Shown here: piece after piece, positions 20,736-31,161 of the stretch
Numbering within the stretch: the stretch's first letter is position 1
How the letters are laid out: each line of letters begins with the position of its first letter
NCBI GenBank assembly: GCA_022827885.1
Contig: JAJEIP010000088.1
Coordinates: forward strand, 25,009 to 89,008
Source: Candidatus Poribacteria bacterium
Lineage (GTDB): Bacteria > Poribacteria > WGA-4E > WGA-3G
Direction: 5' to 3'
Length of the DNA stretch: 64,000 nt
Made by a program: the position numbers and the translations under genes
Notes under the pieces: generated by a model
Database searches by the model: none
The model's input: the letters and a program-made list of their open reading frames with translations, nothing else
What the model was told of the DNA's origin: nothing

Positions 20736-21881
20736 CTACCAATCTGCGACGCTGCCGTCGGTGTCGTAATAAAATTCGCCACCGAGCTCCTCTGGATAGG
20801 TATCCAGTATCCGTTCCGCTTCCTTTTCATCGATCTCAAAACCGAGTCCCGGCTGTGTCGGCAACGCAATATGGCCATCTGTGACCTGCCATTCTTCAGT
20901 CAATAAACCTGCCCCCAGACCGTCATCGATCTGTTCCTGGATTAGGAAGTTCGGGACAACGGCATCAACATGAAGAGAGGCGGAAAAAGCGACGGGTCCG
21001 ATCGCACAATGCGGCGCGATGTGCATATAATAGACCTCCGCCATGTTCGCAATCTTTTTCAGTTCGGTGATGCCGCCAGCATGTGAAGTATCGGGTTGTA
21101 AGTAAGCGACCGCCTGTTTCTCAAATATCTCTCGGAACCCCCAGCGGGTGAGCAGACGTTCCCCAGTCGCGATGGGAAAGGGCACATGGTCGGACACCTG
21201 TTTAAGTGCATCGACATTCTCTTGCGGGATAGGTTCCTCGACGAACATGGGACGCATCCCTTTAAGTTCGTGACAAATCTCGATTGCAAGGGCGGGGGTC
21301 ATCTTACCGTGAAAGTCGAAGGCGAGTTCGACATCGGGGCCTACCCATTCACGCATGAGATAGGCACGCGCCACAAATTCATCGATCACTGCAGGAGGTT
21401 CATGCCCACGCCATTTACCGCCGGGACCACTTTTAAACGCTGTGTAACCACCTTTTTGCTGTAAGAATTCAAGGCGTTCTTTCGCGGATGCTTTGCCTTC
21501 ATCTGTCAAGCTTCCGATACCCCAGTGTGCATAAACGCGGATACGATCGCGCACCGCACCACCTAAGAGTTGATAGGCGGGTAAGCCGTGGTGTTTACCG
21601 GCGATGTCCCACAACGCCTGATCGATACCGGACAGGGCAGACATGAGAATATTTCCGCCTCGGAAAAAGGCAGAGCGGTAAACGTGTTGCCAATGGTGTT
21701 CAATACGGAGCGGATCTTTGCCGATAAAATAATCGGAGAGTTCTTCGACAGCCGCCCAAGTACTTTTGGGTTTACCTTCAAGTGTAGTTTCTCCCCATCC
21801 GACAATGCCGGTATCCGTTGTAATCTTCACGAGACGCATCCGACGACGTGGATAGAATTGTTCAATCTTAGCAATCTTCAT
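20736..21881 (-). CDS. dgoD: D-galactonate dehydratase-like enolase-superfamily enzyme
   Basis: MKIAKIEQF...ITTDTGIVGWGETTLEGKP...GIDQALWDIAGKHHGLPAYQLLGG resembles DgoD. GGAGG lies upstream of the ATG at 21881. The longer 21947 start lacks an RBS. Confidence 0.7.
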   Translation of the reverse strand: MKIAKIEQFYPRRRMRLVKITTDTGIVGWGETTLEGKPKSTWAAVEELSDYFIGKDPLRIEHHWQHVYRSAFFRGGNILMSALSGIDQALWDIAGKHHGLPAYQLLGGAVRDRIRVYAHWGIGSLTDEGKASAKERLEFLQQKGGYTAFKSGPGGKWRGHEPPAVIDEFVARAYLMREWVGPDVELAFDFHGKMTPALAIEICHELKGMRPMFVEEPIPQENVDALKQVSDHVPFPIATGERLLTRWGFREIFEKQAVAYLQPDTSHAGGITELKKIANMAEVYYMHIAPHCAIGPVAFSASLHVDAVVPNFLIQEQIDDGLGAGLLTEEWQVTDGHIALPTQPGLGFEIDEKEAERILDTYPEELGGEFYYDTDGSVADW

Positions 21882-22073
21882 TTTTAAATTTATAGCCTCC
21901 TGGGCACCGCACCATTCCATTACGCAGTGGTTTTCGGTGTATTTCACTATGGGTTAAGAGTTTTGGGGTTTCTATTCTCGTAAAAAATAAAGTAAAATTG
22001 TAGCCTGCAACAATACGCAGAAACACCCTATCAAAAACACGCAGGCGGGTCTACGGAGAGGTACTTCATAAGC

Positions 22074-22114
22074 GAAACCTACCTGACCGAACCGCAAGGA
22101 ATAATTAAAATATG
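22074..22114 (+). promoter_or_regulatory. Conserved leader motif, copy C (gaaacctacctgACCGAACCGCAAGGAAtAATTAAAAtATG)
   Basis: Ends in the sulfatase start codon. Shares an extended 5' part (aaacctacct.accgaacc) with copy D. Confidence 0.5.
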
Positions 22115-23446
22115 TCACGACCCAATGTTCTTTTCATGATCGCGGACGACCATCGATGGGACGCTATCGGTGGCATGGGCGACCCAACGGTCCAAACACC
22201 AACAATGGACTCCCTCATGGCACGCGGGACAACTTTCCGACAAACCCACATTATGGGATCGCTTGTCGGAGCCGTTTGTGTACCAAGCCGCGCCGCCGTC
22301 CTCACAAGTGCTAACCTTTTCCGCAGCGGTGGCAACCAAATTAACCAAGATTTGGCAGTTTGGCCACAGGTCATGCGAGACGCAGGCTATCACACATTTT
22401 TTAGTGGCAAATGGCACAATGATCGACAAACATTTACCGACAGTTTCGATGCCGGTGCGAAGATTTTCTTTGGTGGAATGAGCGATCAATATAAAGTGCC
22501 GGTTTTCGATTTCGATCCAACAGGAAAATACCCGGAGGATGCCAGGTACATTGGAGAAAAGTTTTCTACGGAACTCTTCACAGACGCCGCGGTGCAATTT
22601 ATAGAAAACTACGACGAAACGGATCCTTTTTTCCTCTACCTCTCCTTTACTTCGCCACACGATCCGAGAACAGCACCCGGAGAATACGCGACAATGTATT
22701 CACCGGAGGATATACCTGTCCCCGAAAACTTCCTCCCCGAACATCCGTTCGACAACGGTGAAATGCGCATCCGGGATGAAGTGTTAGCACCCTTCCCGCG
22801 CACGCCAGAAATCGTTCAGCAACACATCGCCGACTATTACGGGATGATTACGCACATGGATGCCGAAATGGGACGCGTGCTAAGCACATTGGCGGCAACC
22901 GGACACCTCGACAACACAATCATCATCTACACCGCCGACCATGGACTCGCTGTTGGGCAACATGGGCTGTTGGGCAAACAGAATCTCTATAACCATAGCA
23001 TCCACGTGCCTTCCATCTTTGCTGGACCGGGGATCCCCGAAGCGGAAACGGTTGATGCGCTAACCTATCTGTATGATGTGTTTCCCACTGTCTGTGATCT
23101 CACCGATGTTACCTGTCCAGATACGACTGAGGGACGCAGTTTAGTGCCATTGATGGATGGTCGTGTAGAACGGGTACGCGCTACAGTCTTCGCGGCGTAT
23201 AGAGACATTCACCGCACCATCAGGGATGGACGTTGGAAATTGATTCGTTACTATGTCTCTGAAGAGACAGGTGCCGGCACGGATTGCATCCAATTTTTCG
23301 ATTTAGGGCAGGATCCTTGGGAGACAACAAACCTTGCCGATCTGCCTGAACATGCCGATCGCATTCGGTCACTCGCTGCAGATATGAAGCAGTGGCAAAT
23401 CGAGACGAACGATTTCATGAAAGACACACCGGTGTTGTTACAGTAG
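22112..23446 (+). CDS. Sulfatase (formylglycine-dependent)
   Basis: NVLFMIADDHRWD and the C-x-P-x-R motif in AVCVPSRAAVLTS. Confidence 0.85.
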   Translation: MSRPNVLFMIADDHRWDAIGGMGDPTVQTPTMDSLMARGTTFRQTHIMGSLVGAVCVPSRAAVLTSANLFRSGGNQINQDLAVWPQVMRDAGYHTFFSGKWHNDRQTFTDSFDAGAKIFFGGMSDQYKVPVFDFDPTGKYPEDARYIGEKFSTELFTDAAVQFIENYDETDPFFLYLSFTSPHDPRTAPGEYATMYSPEDIPVPENFLPEHPFDNGEMRIRDEVLAPFPRTPEIVQQHIADYYGMITHMDAEMGRVLSTLAATGHLDNTIIIYTADHGLAVGQHGLLGKQNLYNHSIHVPSIFAGPGIPEAETVDALTYLYDVFPTVCDLTDVTCPDTTEGRSLVPLMDGRVERVRATVFAAYRDIHRTIRDGRWKLIRYYVSEETGAGTDCIQFFDLGQDPWETTNLADLPEHADRIRSLAADMKQWQIETNDFMKDTPVLLQ

Positions 23447-23518
23447 TAGACATCCTCTGTTTCTTGTGGGAGGGCTTTGTAAGCCCGATTTCGGTGTTTA
23501 TTGTCTGAACTAAGATTG

Positions 23519-24667
23519 CTATCGGCTACTGAGCGCATCCCCAATCGCAATTAACCGAGCAGCTTGCTCCGCTATGTCAGCGATCAACCGGGACGCGTCT
23601 GTAACGGCATTTTCAAGAGACATCGGTTCTTGGACAATACCTAACATCGCATCAATACCCGCATCGTGAACGGCTTCAGCCCCTTCAGCGATACCACCCG
23701 CAATCGCTATAACCGGAATCCCGTATGCTTTCGCAACCTTCGCAACACCGACAGGTGTTTTCCCGAACGCCGTCTGAAAGTCCAGTTGTCCTTCTCCAGT
23801 GAAAACGACGGTCGCCCCTTTTATCCGTTCCTTGAGGTTCACGGCATCAATCATAATATCGACACCGAGCCGCAGTTCGGCATTGAGAAACGCCATCAAT
23901 CCCGCACCTAATCCACCGGCTGCGCCCGCGCCCGGAATATCATTAAAGGATTTTCCAAACGTCTGGGTCAAGACTCCGTCAAAATGTGCGAGATGCCCAT
24001 CTAACGTTTCAATCATTTCAGGGGTCGCCCCCTTCTGCGGTCCATAGACGTGTGATGCCCCGTCTGGTCCAGTCAAAGGGTTATTAACATCACAGGCAAC
24101 AACGGTTTCGGTTTCGACAATAGCAGGATGTAAGTGGGTTACATCTATTGACCTTAATGCGCTGAGATTCCCGCCACCGCGCTGAAGCTGTTTTCCGTTT
24201 GTGTCCAACAATCGGACACCGAGTGCCTCCGCCATGCCAGCACCGCCATCGTTTGTTGCACTTCCACCGATACCGATGATCAAGCGTCTACACCCCGCTT
24301 CCAGAGCGGCATGAATCAGTTCTCCGGTGCCGTAGGTCGTGGTCCGAAGTGGATTCTGTTCGTGCGGTTTGACGAGTGTGAGACCAGAGGCGGATGCCAT
24401 CTCAATCACGGCGGTCTCTCCATCAGAGAGGATACCGAATTGGGCATCGACCTCGTTTTCGAGGGGGGCAAGTACACGGTGTGTTTGAAGGTGTCCGCCG
24501 GTGGCATCTACAAGCGATTGCACTGTGCCTTCACCGCCGTCCGCCATCGGTATTTTCTCAATGACGGCATCAGGAAACACGCGCCGGAGTCCCTGCTCCA
24601 TCGCATTTGCAGCTTCCAGAGCACTGACACTCCCTTTAAATGAATCAGGTGCAACTACAATTTTCAT
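23519..24667 (-). CDS. Glycerate kinase
   Basis: MKIVVAPDSFKGS hallmark N-terminus. GIGGSATNDGGAGM and a C-terminal TGEG...D.QT..GK motif. Start placed at the MKIVV methionine. Confidence 0.85.
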   Translation of the reverse strand: MKIVVAPDSFKGSVSALEAANAMEQGLRRVFPDAVIEKIPMADGGEGTVQSLVDATGGHLQTHRVLAPLENEVDAQFGILSDGETAVIEMASASGLTLVKPHEQNPLRTTTYGTGELIHAALEAGCRRLIIGIGGSATNDGGAGMAEALGVRLLDTNGKQLQRGGGNLSALRSIDVTHLHPAIVETETVVACDVNNPLTGPDGASHVYGPQKGATPEMIETLDGHLAHFDGVLTQTFGKSFNDIPGAGAAGGLGAGLMAFLNAELRLGVDIMIDAVNLKERIKGATVVFTGEGQLDFQTAFGKTPVGVAKVAKAYGIPVIAIAGGIAEGAEAVHDAGIDAMLGIVQEPMSLENAVTDASRLIADIAEQAARLIAIGDALSSR

Positions 24668-24829
24668 GGTTGATAGTTTATCACAGGTGCCGCGAATTGT
24701 CAACAGCAGGCAGCACAATCGCAGAACGGTTCAATTCTCCGATAGAAGGAATCTCCGAATTCCGATTTTTTCTGACTTGATTTTTCTATGAGGCACGGCT
24801 ATAATAAAAGCACTCAAAGGAGGAGCATA

Positions 24830-25597
24830 ATGGACTGGCAATTGGAAACGACTGTCTCTGATGGGCAGGTCGAATTTTATAAAGAAAACGGGTATCTTAC
24901 GTTTGGACGGATTTTCACAAAAGCGGAATTGAATACACTCCGGGATTATGTGGACGAGATGATCGAGAATTTGCCCGAAGGGAGACGTCCTGAACAGATG
25001 GATGTCCCGCATTTTGAGCATCCGTTTTTGTTTAAATATCTAACACATCCACGGGTGTTGAAGGTGATAGAGCGGTTTATTGGACCGGATATTGTGCTCT
25101 GGTCAAGCCACTTTATTAGCAAGCGCGAACACGATGGCATGGCGGTCCCGTGGCATCAAGATGGGGTCTACTGGGGAAAATCTCTGGAGCCGATGGACGT
25201 TATCACGATGTGGTTGGCGGTAGATGAATCGAAAGTCGAAAACGGCTGTATGCGTGTTATCGCTGGGAGCCACAAATTGCGGGATCGCCGCTATGAAGAG
25301 GTCGATCGCAAAAATAATCTCTTCGGCAGTGAAGTTGTGGAGGATGACTTGGACACATCAAAGGTCGCCAATTTGGAGTTGGAAGTCGGCGAGTGCCATT
25401 TTCACGACGCATGGACCATCCATAACTCCAGTCCGAATGTCTCGCAGAAACGGCGATGCGGTTACACGATGCGCTATATGCCTGCGAGTGTCCGCTATCC
25501 GGGGGCGGAGTGGCGTCGTAAGCACTATATTTATCTGCTGCAAGGCGAAGATAGGACAAACGGTTTTAATACCTACACCCCTGTACCCGAATTCTAA
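24830..25597 (+). CDS. PhyH family dioxygenase
   Basis: AGGAGG lies upstream of the ATG at 24830. VEFYKENGYLTF..., WHQDGVYW and GSHK motifs. Confidence 0.75.
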   Translation: MDWQLETTVSDGQVEFYKENGYLTFGRIFTKAELNTLRDYVDEMIENLPEGRRPEQMDVPHFEHPFLFKYLTHPRVLKVIERFIGPDIVLWSSHFISKREHDGMAVPWHQDGVYWGKSLEPMDVITMWLAVDESKVENGCMRVIAGSHKLRDRRYEEVDRKNNLFGSEVVEDDLDTSKVANLELEVGECHFHDAWTIHNSSPNVSQKRRCGYTMRYMPASVRYPGAEWRRKHYIYLLQGEDRTNGFNTYTPVPEF

Positions 25598-26004
25598 CGA
25601 TTGAAGGATACCTGAATCGTTCATCTGAAGCAAGCGCTGGAGAACTTTCATACGATACGCGCTATCCGCGACCCTTTTAATTTTTTCGTTTAAAACTGTT
25701 CATTTTACTATCATACGCATTTTTTTGGTCAAATCCCAAAAAAAATATAAAATTTATCAAAAATTATGCAATTTACCCTAAACTTTTTTGATTTTATATC
25801 TATAGTTAAGTAACAGGAGTTATAAAGCTCCGTAGTTTAAAGTAACGGCGTTCATAAGGCAAACGGCGAGTATTTGCATAAGATTAGATAAAATGGCTGT
25901 ATTGGCAGGGAACGTTCTCCAGCGGCTATCAGACCCCACCCTAATTTATTTCTACAGTGATGCTCTGAAAAAATTCTATTTGTCAAACAAAAAGGAGAAA
26001 ACTC

Positions 26005-26376
26005 ATGGCAATTACGATCCATCTGAAAGGTGGCGTTCCAATTTTGGAACCCAATGGGAAAATTGTGGGCCCCGTGGTATCGGAATTGCGAGAAAAACTC
26101 GCTTTGTGGTTAGATGATGCCAATGCTCCCTATCTGCTGATCAATTTCGAGCATATCCACAAGATAGATAGTTCCTGTCTCGGCATGCTGGTGCATGTGC
26201 ATGACATAGCAGCACTGAAGGGAACCCGTATCGGGCTCATCAATGTTGGAAAACACATCAAGAATCTGCTAATTCTCAGTCGACTCATGAATGTTTTTGA
26301 GCATTTTGATACCGAAGATGCTGCAATTGCAGCATTCGCGCCTGCCCCGAAGTGGAAATATCATTTGAATCCATAG
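26005..26376 (+). CDS. STAS-domain anti-sigma-factor antagonist (SpoIIAA/RsbV-like)
   Basis: ~120 aa with the IDSSCLGMLV and GLINVGKHIKNLLILSRLMNVF pattern of STAS proteins. AAGGAG lies upstream. Confidence 0.7.
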   Translation: MAITIHLKGGVPILEPNGKIVGPVVSELREKLALWLDDANAPYLLINFEHIHKIDSSCLGMLVHVHDIAALKGTRIGLINVGKHIKNLLILSRLMNVFEHFDTEDAAIAAFAPAPKWKYHLNP

Positions 26377-26504
26377 TCTTTTTTGGGTTGAATTTTTCCT
26401 GTGAGAGCAATATAATAACTTGCAGGCGTAATGGGCTGCCGGCATCACTGGTTTTTGCCGGATATGTGGGAATGTGCGGACTTCGGAAAGTGGAGGGTAA
26501 ACAG

Positions 26505-27155
26505 ATGGCCTTAAGGTGTCAATTGACAGGTATTAAATGTCCACCCTACAAACATCAAGGCATCTTCCTACCGGATAATGAAACGGTGAAATCGTTTTTA
26601 CCGGATTTAACGTATTGTGCGATGTGTATAGCCAATGCAGCACCGCGCCGCGTTGACCTTCGAGACGATTTGTTGCAGGTCGCTTCCCTAACACTCATTG
26701 ATAAGGGACCCGCGTTCAATCCGGAGCATAAAAGTGGTGCCAATTTCAGGAGTTTTATCCGCGTGCGCATCTGCGGTGCCCTAATGGATGCAAAAGAAAG
26801 AGAAGTGAGACACAATACCCGCGAAGTGTCTATGCCTGATGAGGAGTGGAACCCCCATGAAGTCTCAGATTCAGCGGACGAGCCGGAAATCGAATCTCTG
26901 GGGCGATTTCCCGACCCTCACGCAGAATTTGAGAATAAACTCGTTCGAGACATCAGTTTTGCATCTGTGCTGCCCGAACTCTTAAAAATACTCACACCTC
27001 GCGAACGTAAAGTTTTCATCTGTCTCCGTGAAAATCGGCAAAACCACGAAATTGCTGAAGTGCTAAATGTCTCTAAATCCCGCGTTAGCCAACTCGTGGC
27101 ACAAGTAACGCTGAAATTGACAAACGCTGCACAAGGGTTTGGGTTGGTAGAATAG
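26505..27155 (+). CDS. Sigma-70 family RNA polymerase sigma factor with atypical Cys-rich N-terminus
   Basis: Region-2-like DLLQVASLTLIDKGPAFNPEHKSGANFRSFIRVRICGALMDAKER. Region 4 HTH LTPRERKVFICLRENRQNHEIAEVLNVSKSRVSQLV. GGAGGG lies 7 nt before the ATG at 26505. Confidence 0.65.
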   Translation: MALRCQLTGIKCPPYKHQGIFLPDNETVKSFLPDLTYCAMCIANAAPRRVDLRDDLLQVASLTLIDKGPAFNPEHKSGANFRSFIRVRICGALMDAKEREVRHNTREVSMPDEEWNPHEVSDSADEPEIESLGRFPDPHAEFENKLVRDISFASVLPELLKILTPRERKVFICLRENRQNHEIAEVLNVSKSRVSQLVAQVTLKLTNAAQGFGLVE

Positions 27156-27187
27156 CCGTTTTTCGAGATGCTATTTTAACAGAAATT

Positions 27188-28048
27188 ATGCGTCCCTATT
27201 TTGATGTCCATTGTCATATCGGTATGACTGTGTCCCGCGCCCCGACTCTAGGACAGAGCGTGGGACGGTGCCTCGCGCGGCTGGCATCTGCCGGTGTTAT
27301 CGGTGCGATTCCGTGTCCAACGGGTGGGAGTCCGCAGGCACGGGGTGTATTGGACACACGCGCACAACACGAAACAATCGCCAACGCATGCAAACTCTAT
27401 CCAGAACGTTTTCCCATTGGACTTGGGATCGCTGAAGTCCGACACGAACAAGCAGGTGCTGACGAATTGGACAGAGCCATGCAGGAAGACGGTTTGGTCG
27501 GCTTTATGTGCCATCCAGGACTCTCTGGACATTCACTCGGCGGTGAGCTGCACGTCTTCCTTGAAGTGGTCGCGATGCACAATGGGCTGTGTCTGCTACA
27601 TCAGGCGGGCTCCACGCAAAATATCGCTGCTTACGCGCAGCGGTTTCCGTCGATAACGTTTATTATCGGGCATGTTTCGATGAACAAAGCCGGACATCTC
27701 GATGCAATTACGCACTGTGGGAAATGCGAGAATGTCTGGTTCGATGTGGCGCAGAAACCGGAAGGGGCGGATGCAAGTTGGGATCTGGTCCACCTCGTTA
27801 ACCATCTTGGTAATGACAGGATTATGTTCGGGAGTGATCTGCCCTATTACGATTTTCGTCTGGTGCAAGCGCAGATTGAATCCGCACGGCTTGACGATAA
27901 AACAAAGGAACGGATTGCCTACCAGAACGCGGCGCGGTTAGTCCAAAAATTTCGTGCGGACTGGACACCGACGTTGACCCCAATAACACCGCCACAGGTC
28001 TATTCTGAAGCTGAGATGTGGGATGCCAATGGCGCAAGATTACGCTAA
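27188..28048 (+). CDS. Amidohydrolase-2-type metal-dependent TIM-barrel hydrolase
   Basis: N-terminal FDVHCHIG metal-binding motif, internal HxG and a late FGSDLPY motif. Confidence 0.6.
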   Translation: MRPYFDVHCHIGMTVSRAPTLGQSVGRCLARLASAGVIGAIPCPTGGSPQARGVLDTRAQHETIANACKLYPERFPIGLGIAEVRHEQAGADELDRAMQEDGLVGFMCHPGLSGHSLGGELHVFLEVVAMHNGLCLLHQAGSTQNIAAYAQRFPSITFIIGHVSMNKAGHLDAITHCGKCENVWFDVAQKPEGADASWDLVHLVNHLGNDRIMFGSDLPYYDFRLVQAQIESARLDDKTKERIAYQNAARLVQKFRADWTPTLTPITPPQVYSEAEMWDANGARLR

Positions 28049-28084
28049 CCTGTGAGAGCGAGCAGTGCTAACGGTTCCGTATCG

Positions 28085-28951
28085 CTACTTGACGATTTCG
28101 ACTGCCTGAATCCGACGGTGGAGCACGAAGAGGCAAATGGCTATCAAGGCAATCTGGATGAGGAGTGCCCATACCCAATGCACGGCGTAGTTGTATGAAC
28201 CGGCAAATAGGACCGTGCCGAGGATGTCGTAGTGTGCCCAAATAGAGACTAACGCTATTTTACTGGTGCGGGTGATCGCTGTGAGTATTTCGTAGATAAT
28301 CGGCGAGCCGAACCACACGGCACAGAAACCGATGATAGCATAACGGGGATTTGAGGTGAGTGATGAGAACAATAACATCAATAGACTGGAAGAGAGCGTG
28401 ATAATCACCGAGTAGGCAATGATCGAAAGAGGGATCCAATAGTTCTCTTTCAGGAAGGAAGTATCGGTCAGCAGGACGTGTTCAAGAAACAGCAAGAGTC
28501 CGGGAACCAACGTGAGGCAACCGAGCAAAATACCGATGACGGCACATTTCCCAATCAGGTAATCTATCCATGAGATAGGTTTGGAGAGGTAGAGCGTGAG
28601 TGCGTTGTTCTTCAGGTCGGTGGCGATTAACCCTGAGCCACCGAAAATAGCGATCAGCGCGATGAGAAATGAGGAAGGGGGACCTGCGCCGGGGTTTCGG
28701 AATAGGAATTGCTGAAAAAATTCGTTGTCAATGTTAAACGAAAACTCCGCTCCCGGTACCTGATTCAGGATATAGATAAGGACTGCGTGAACCAAGATGT
28801 AGATTGCCGGAGGAATAGCGACAATTAATCGGACAATTTTACGTTGTGCCAGCAGTTTTAACTCTGCCTTTGTAATAATCCACCACCGTGTATAAGGACG
28901 GGGGTTCAATGTGCCTTCCCAATGTCGGTAGTCTTGTGTATGAATGGGCAT
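28085..28951 (-). CDS. ABC-2-type transporter permease-like membrane protein
   Basis: Six to seven TM segments. TDLKNNALTLYLSKPISWIDYLIGK resembles the conserved ABC-2 permease loop. Confidence 0.5.
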   Translation of the reverse strand: MPIHTQDYRHWEGTLNPRPYTRWWIITKAELKLLAQRKIVRLIVAIPPAIYILVHAVLIYILNQVPGAEFSFNIDNEFFQQFLFRNPGAGPPSSFLIALIAIFGGSGLIATDLKNNALTLYLSKPISWIDYLIGKCAVIGILLGCLTLVPGLLLFLEHVLLTDTSFLKENYWIPLSIIAYSVIITLSSSLLMLLFSSLTSNPRYAIIGFCAVWFGSPIIYEILTAITRTSKIALVSIWAHYDILGTVLFAGSYNYAVHWVWALLIQIALIAICLFVLHRRIQAVEIVK

Positions 28952-28980
28952 TCTTTTAATTTACCTTGCGGATAAGTAAT
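28949..28980 (-). promoter_or_regulatory. Conserved leader motif, copy F (minus strand: attacttatCCGCAAGGtAAATTAAAAgaATG)
   Basis: The reverse complement of 28949-28980 ends in the start codon of the permease gene. Confidence 0.5.
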
Positions 28981-29080
28981 ACCGTTAAGGACTTGATCAG
29001 TTTTCGTGTTCGAGTCGTCCTCCACTTCGTTTCGGACTTGTTTTTTCAGGAACCATCGGTGTCTGTAGCGTGCAGTCTCC

Positions 29081-29599
29081 TTAGTACTTATAGATGGCGG
29101 TTCTCTCTAAGGTGTCCGAAAAGGGTCCCTGTTTTTCAGTCTGAACTTCAACGATAATGATGCCTAAATACGTATCCCGTTCCGGATCTTCATCGATAAA
29201 GCCACGCGGAATTTCCGCAGTCATGAGCCGATCGAGTCTATTGAGTTCCTGTGACCAACGGAGGTCGATGAGTCGTCCATCGTAGACTTTTTTATGTGGC
29301 TTCCCGTCGCGCATGGAGTAAACCTTGGCGTTGGTGGTGAAATCTGCCTCAGAAACGGTGCTCACCCCCACACTCGGACTGAGAATACTCTGATTCCATA
29401 TCAGCGGTATGCCGTTTCTATCCACCAGATAAATCCGTAGATCGATCCTATCAACGCGTGGATCTGATTGGAGCCGGATGCCCTCAAAATTCTGAATTAC
29501 CCCGCTCCCGCATGAGAGCGTAGCGAAAACACAGATGCCGACGAGCACGATTCTCTGACTCTTTAATATAAGTTTGCGGGGCAGATTAAAACGAAGCAC
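29081..29599 (-). CDS. Hypothetical lipoprotein
   Basis: Signal peptide with lipobox ATLSCGSG. No recognisable domain. Confidence 0.45.
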   Translation of the reverse strand: MLRFNLPRKLILKSQRIVLVGICVFATLSCGSGVIQNFEGIRLQSDPRVDRIDLRIYLVDRNGIPLIWNQSILSPSVGVSTVSEADFTTNAKVYSMRDGKPHKKVYDGRLIDLRWSQELNRLDRLMTAEIPRGFIDEDPERDTYLGIIIVEVQTEKQGPFSDTLERTAIYKY

Positions 29600-29817
29600 A
29601 TTGATCCTCCTTTATTGCATCTTTAAGGGCAGCTAATAGGCTTCCGATAGAAATCCATTTCAAGGGAATAGTCGGTTTTGGAATCCCAATCCTTTAGGTT
29701 TGGGAGGAAAAACCGCCCTCTTGGAAAGAACCAAAGCGTTGTTTTTTTCTTCACACTTGGTCCGAAATTATGGTATGATAAGAGTATCAGGTTGGCAAAC
29801 ATACACAGCATTGTCGC

Positions 29818-29847
29818 TTGACAATGTGTTGCCTCCCACTGTATAGA
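29818..29847 (+). promoter_or_regulatory. Sigma70-like promoter for tnpB (TTGACA-18-TATAGA)
   Basis: TTGACA at 29818-29823 and TATAGA at 29842-29847. Confidence 0.4.
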
Positions 29848-29874
29848 GGATAAACGCCTGATACCTGATAGACT

Positions 29875-31161
29875 ATGAGATTCACATTTAAGTATCCTGT
29901 GTATCCGACACGGTCACAAGAAAAAACATTATTAGGGTGGTTTGACCACCTGTGTGAACTTCAGAACTCTGCTCGCCACGATCGACTTGTCGCGTATGAG
30001 ACGCTAGGCACTTTTGTTTCGCTCTCTGACCAGCAGACACTTCTCACTCAAGCCCGTGAGAAATATGAGGACTTCCGTGAAGTGCCGCAAGATTTTCAGA
30101 ATCACGCCCTGCGAAGAAACGGTAAAGCGTTCACTACCTTCTATAAACGGTGGAAAGAAAACGCTGGCAAAAAAGGGTATCCTCGCTACAAAAAGCGTGT
30201 CCGTTCTCTAACGTGGAGTCTCCGCAAATATACCAAAGTTGTTCGTCCAAAGACGAAAGATGCGGAAAAGCAAACAGTGCGCGTCCGTCAAAATCCCATC
30301 CGAGAAACCGCATGGAAACATGACCGCTTGAAAGTGCCAACACTCGGAGAAGTCAAGATATACATGCACCGCCCGCTTGAAGGTGACCCCAAAGAAGTCA
30401 CGATCGTCAAAAAAGCGTCGGGGTGGTACGCTCATATTACCTGTGAGTTGCCTGACACTCCGAAAGTTGAACCGACGGATGCGATTGCGGTTGATGTTGG
30501 CACGACACACTACCTAACGACTTCCGAAGGTGAAAAGGAAGATAACCCCCGCTATTATCGTCAAGCAGAAGGTTTGCTCCACAAACATAATCAGACGATG
30601 GCACGTCGAAAGAAAGGGAGCAACCGTTGGCGAAAAGCCGTGCATGCGTCTGCCTTACACCAAGAACGTACTGTCAACAAACGTAAAGACTTTATCGGCA
30701 AACTCGTCTATAAACTCTACCACCACAAAAAAAACAATGTTTTAGTGGCAGAGGATTTAAGCGTCTCCAATATGGTTCAGAACAAACACCTCAGCAAGAG
30801 CATTTCGGATGCGTCTTGGGGTATCTTCTTCAAATGGTGTGCGAGTATAGCCGAAAGAGACGGCTTGCACTTCCACCAAGTTGATCCTAAGAACACTTCG
30901 CAAACGTGCTCGGCTTGTGGTAAGAAATCGCCAAAGAAACTCTCTTTAGCGATACGCACCTTTGATTGTAGTTTTTGCGGCACGGTTTTAGACCGGGACC
31001 ACAACGCTGCGCTAAACATACTTCTCAGGGCAGCTACTGCCCTTCGTGGAGAGCCGTGGGTTACCACTCTCTGTGAAGCGAGAAACACCAACGAAGCACG
31101 AGACGCGGGCTTGCAAAACGCAAAACAACTACTGCTTTTTGCGACAAGTCCAAGTCTTTAG
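29875..31161 (+). CDS. tnpB: TnpB (IS605 OrfB) RNA-guided endonuclease
   Basis: N-terminal MRFTFKYPVYPTRSQEKTL. RuvC triad contexts IAVDVGT, LVAEDLS and DRDHNAALNI. Zn finger CSACG...CSFCG. Confidence 0.85.
   Translation: MRFTFKYPVYPTRSQEKTLLGWFDHLCELQNSARHDRLVAYETLGTFVSLSDQQTLLTQAREKYEDFREVPQDFQNHALRRNGKAFTTFYKRWKENAGKKGYPRYKKRVRSLTWSLRKYTKVVRPKTKDAEKQTVRVRQNPIRETAWKHDRLKVPTLGEVKIYMHRPLEGDPKEVTIVKKASGWYAHITCELPDTPKVEPTDAIAVDVGTTHYLTTSEGEKEDNPRYYRQAEGLLHKHNQTMARRKKGSNRWRKAVHASALHQERTVNKRKDFIGKLVYKLYHHKKNNVLVAEDLSVSNMVQNKHLSKSISDASWGIFFKWCASIAERDGLHFHQVDPKNTSQTCSACGKKSPKKLSLAIRTFDCSFCGTVLDRDHNAALNILLRAATALRGEPWVTTLCEARNTNEARDAGLQNAKQLLLFATSPSL

Noticed and set aside
26352-26504. Upstream extension of the sigma factor ORF overlapping the STAS gene end
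   Set aside because: The extension has no RBS. The ATG at 26505 has GGAGGG at proper spacing. The start remains somewhat uncertain.
29623-29811. 62-aa minus-strand ORF upstream of tnpB as a possible tnpA remnant
   Set aside because: It has no similarity to the HUH Y1 transposase motif. The region is better explained as the element's left end or an intergenic hairpin region.
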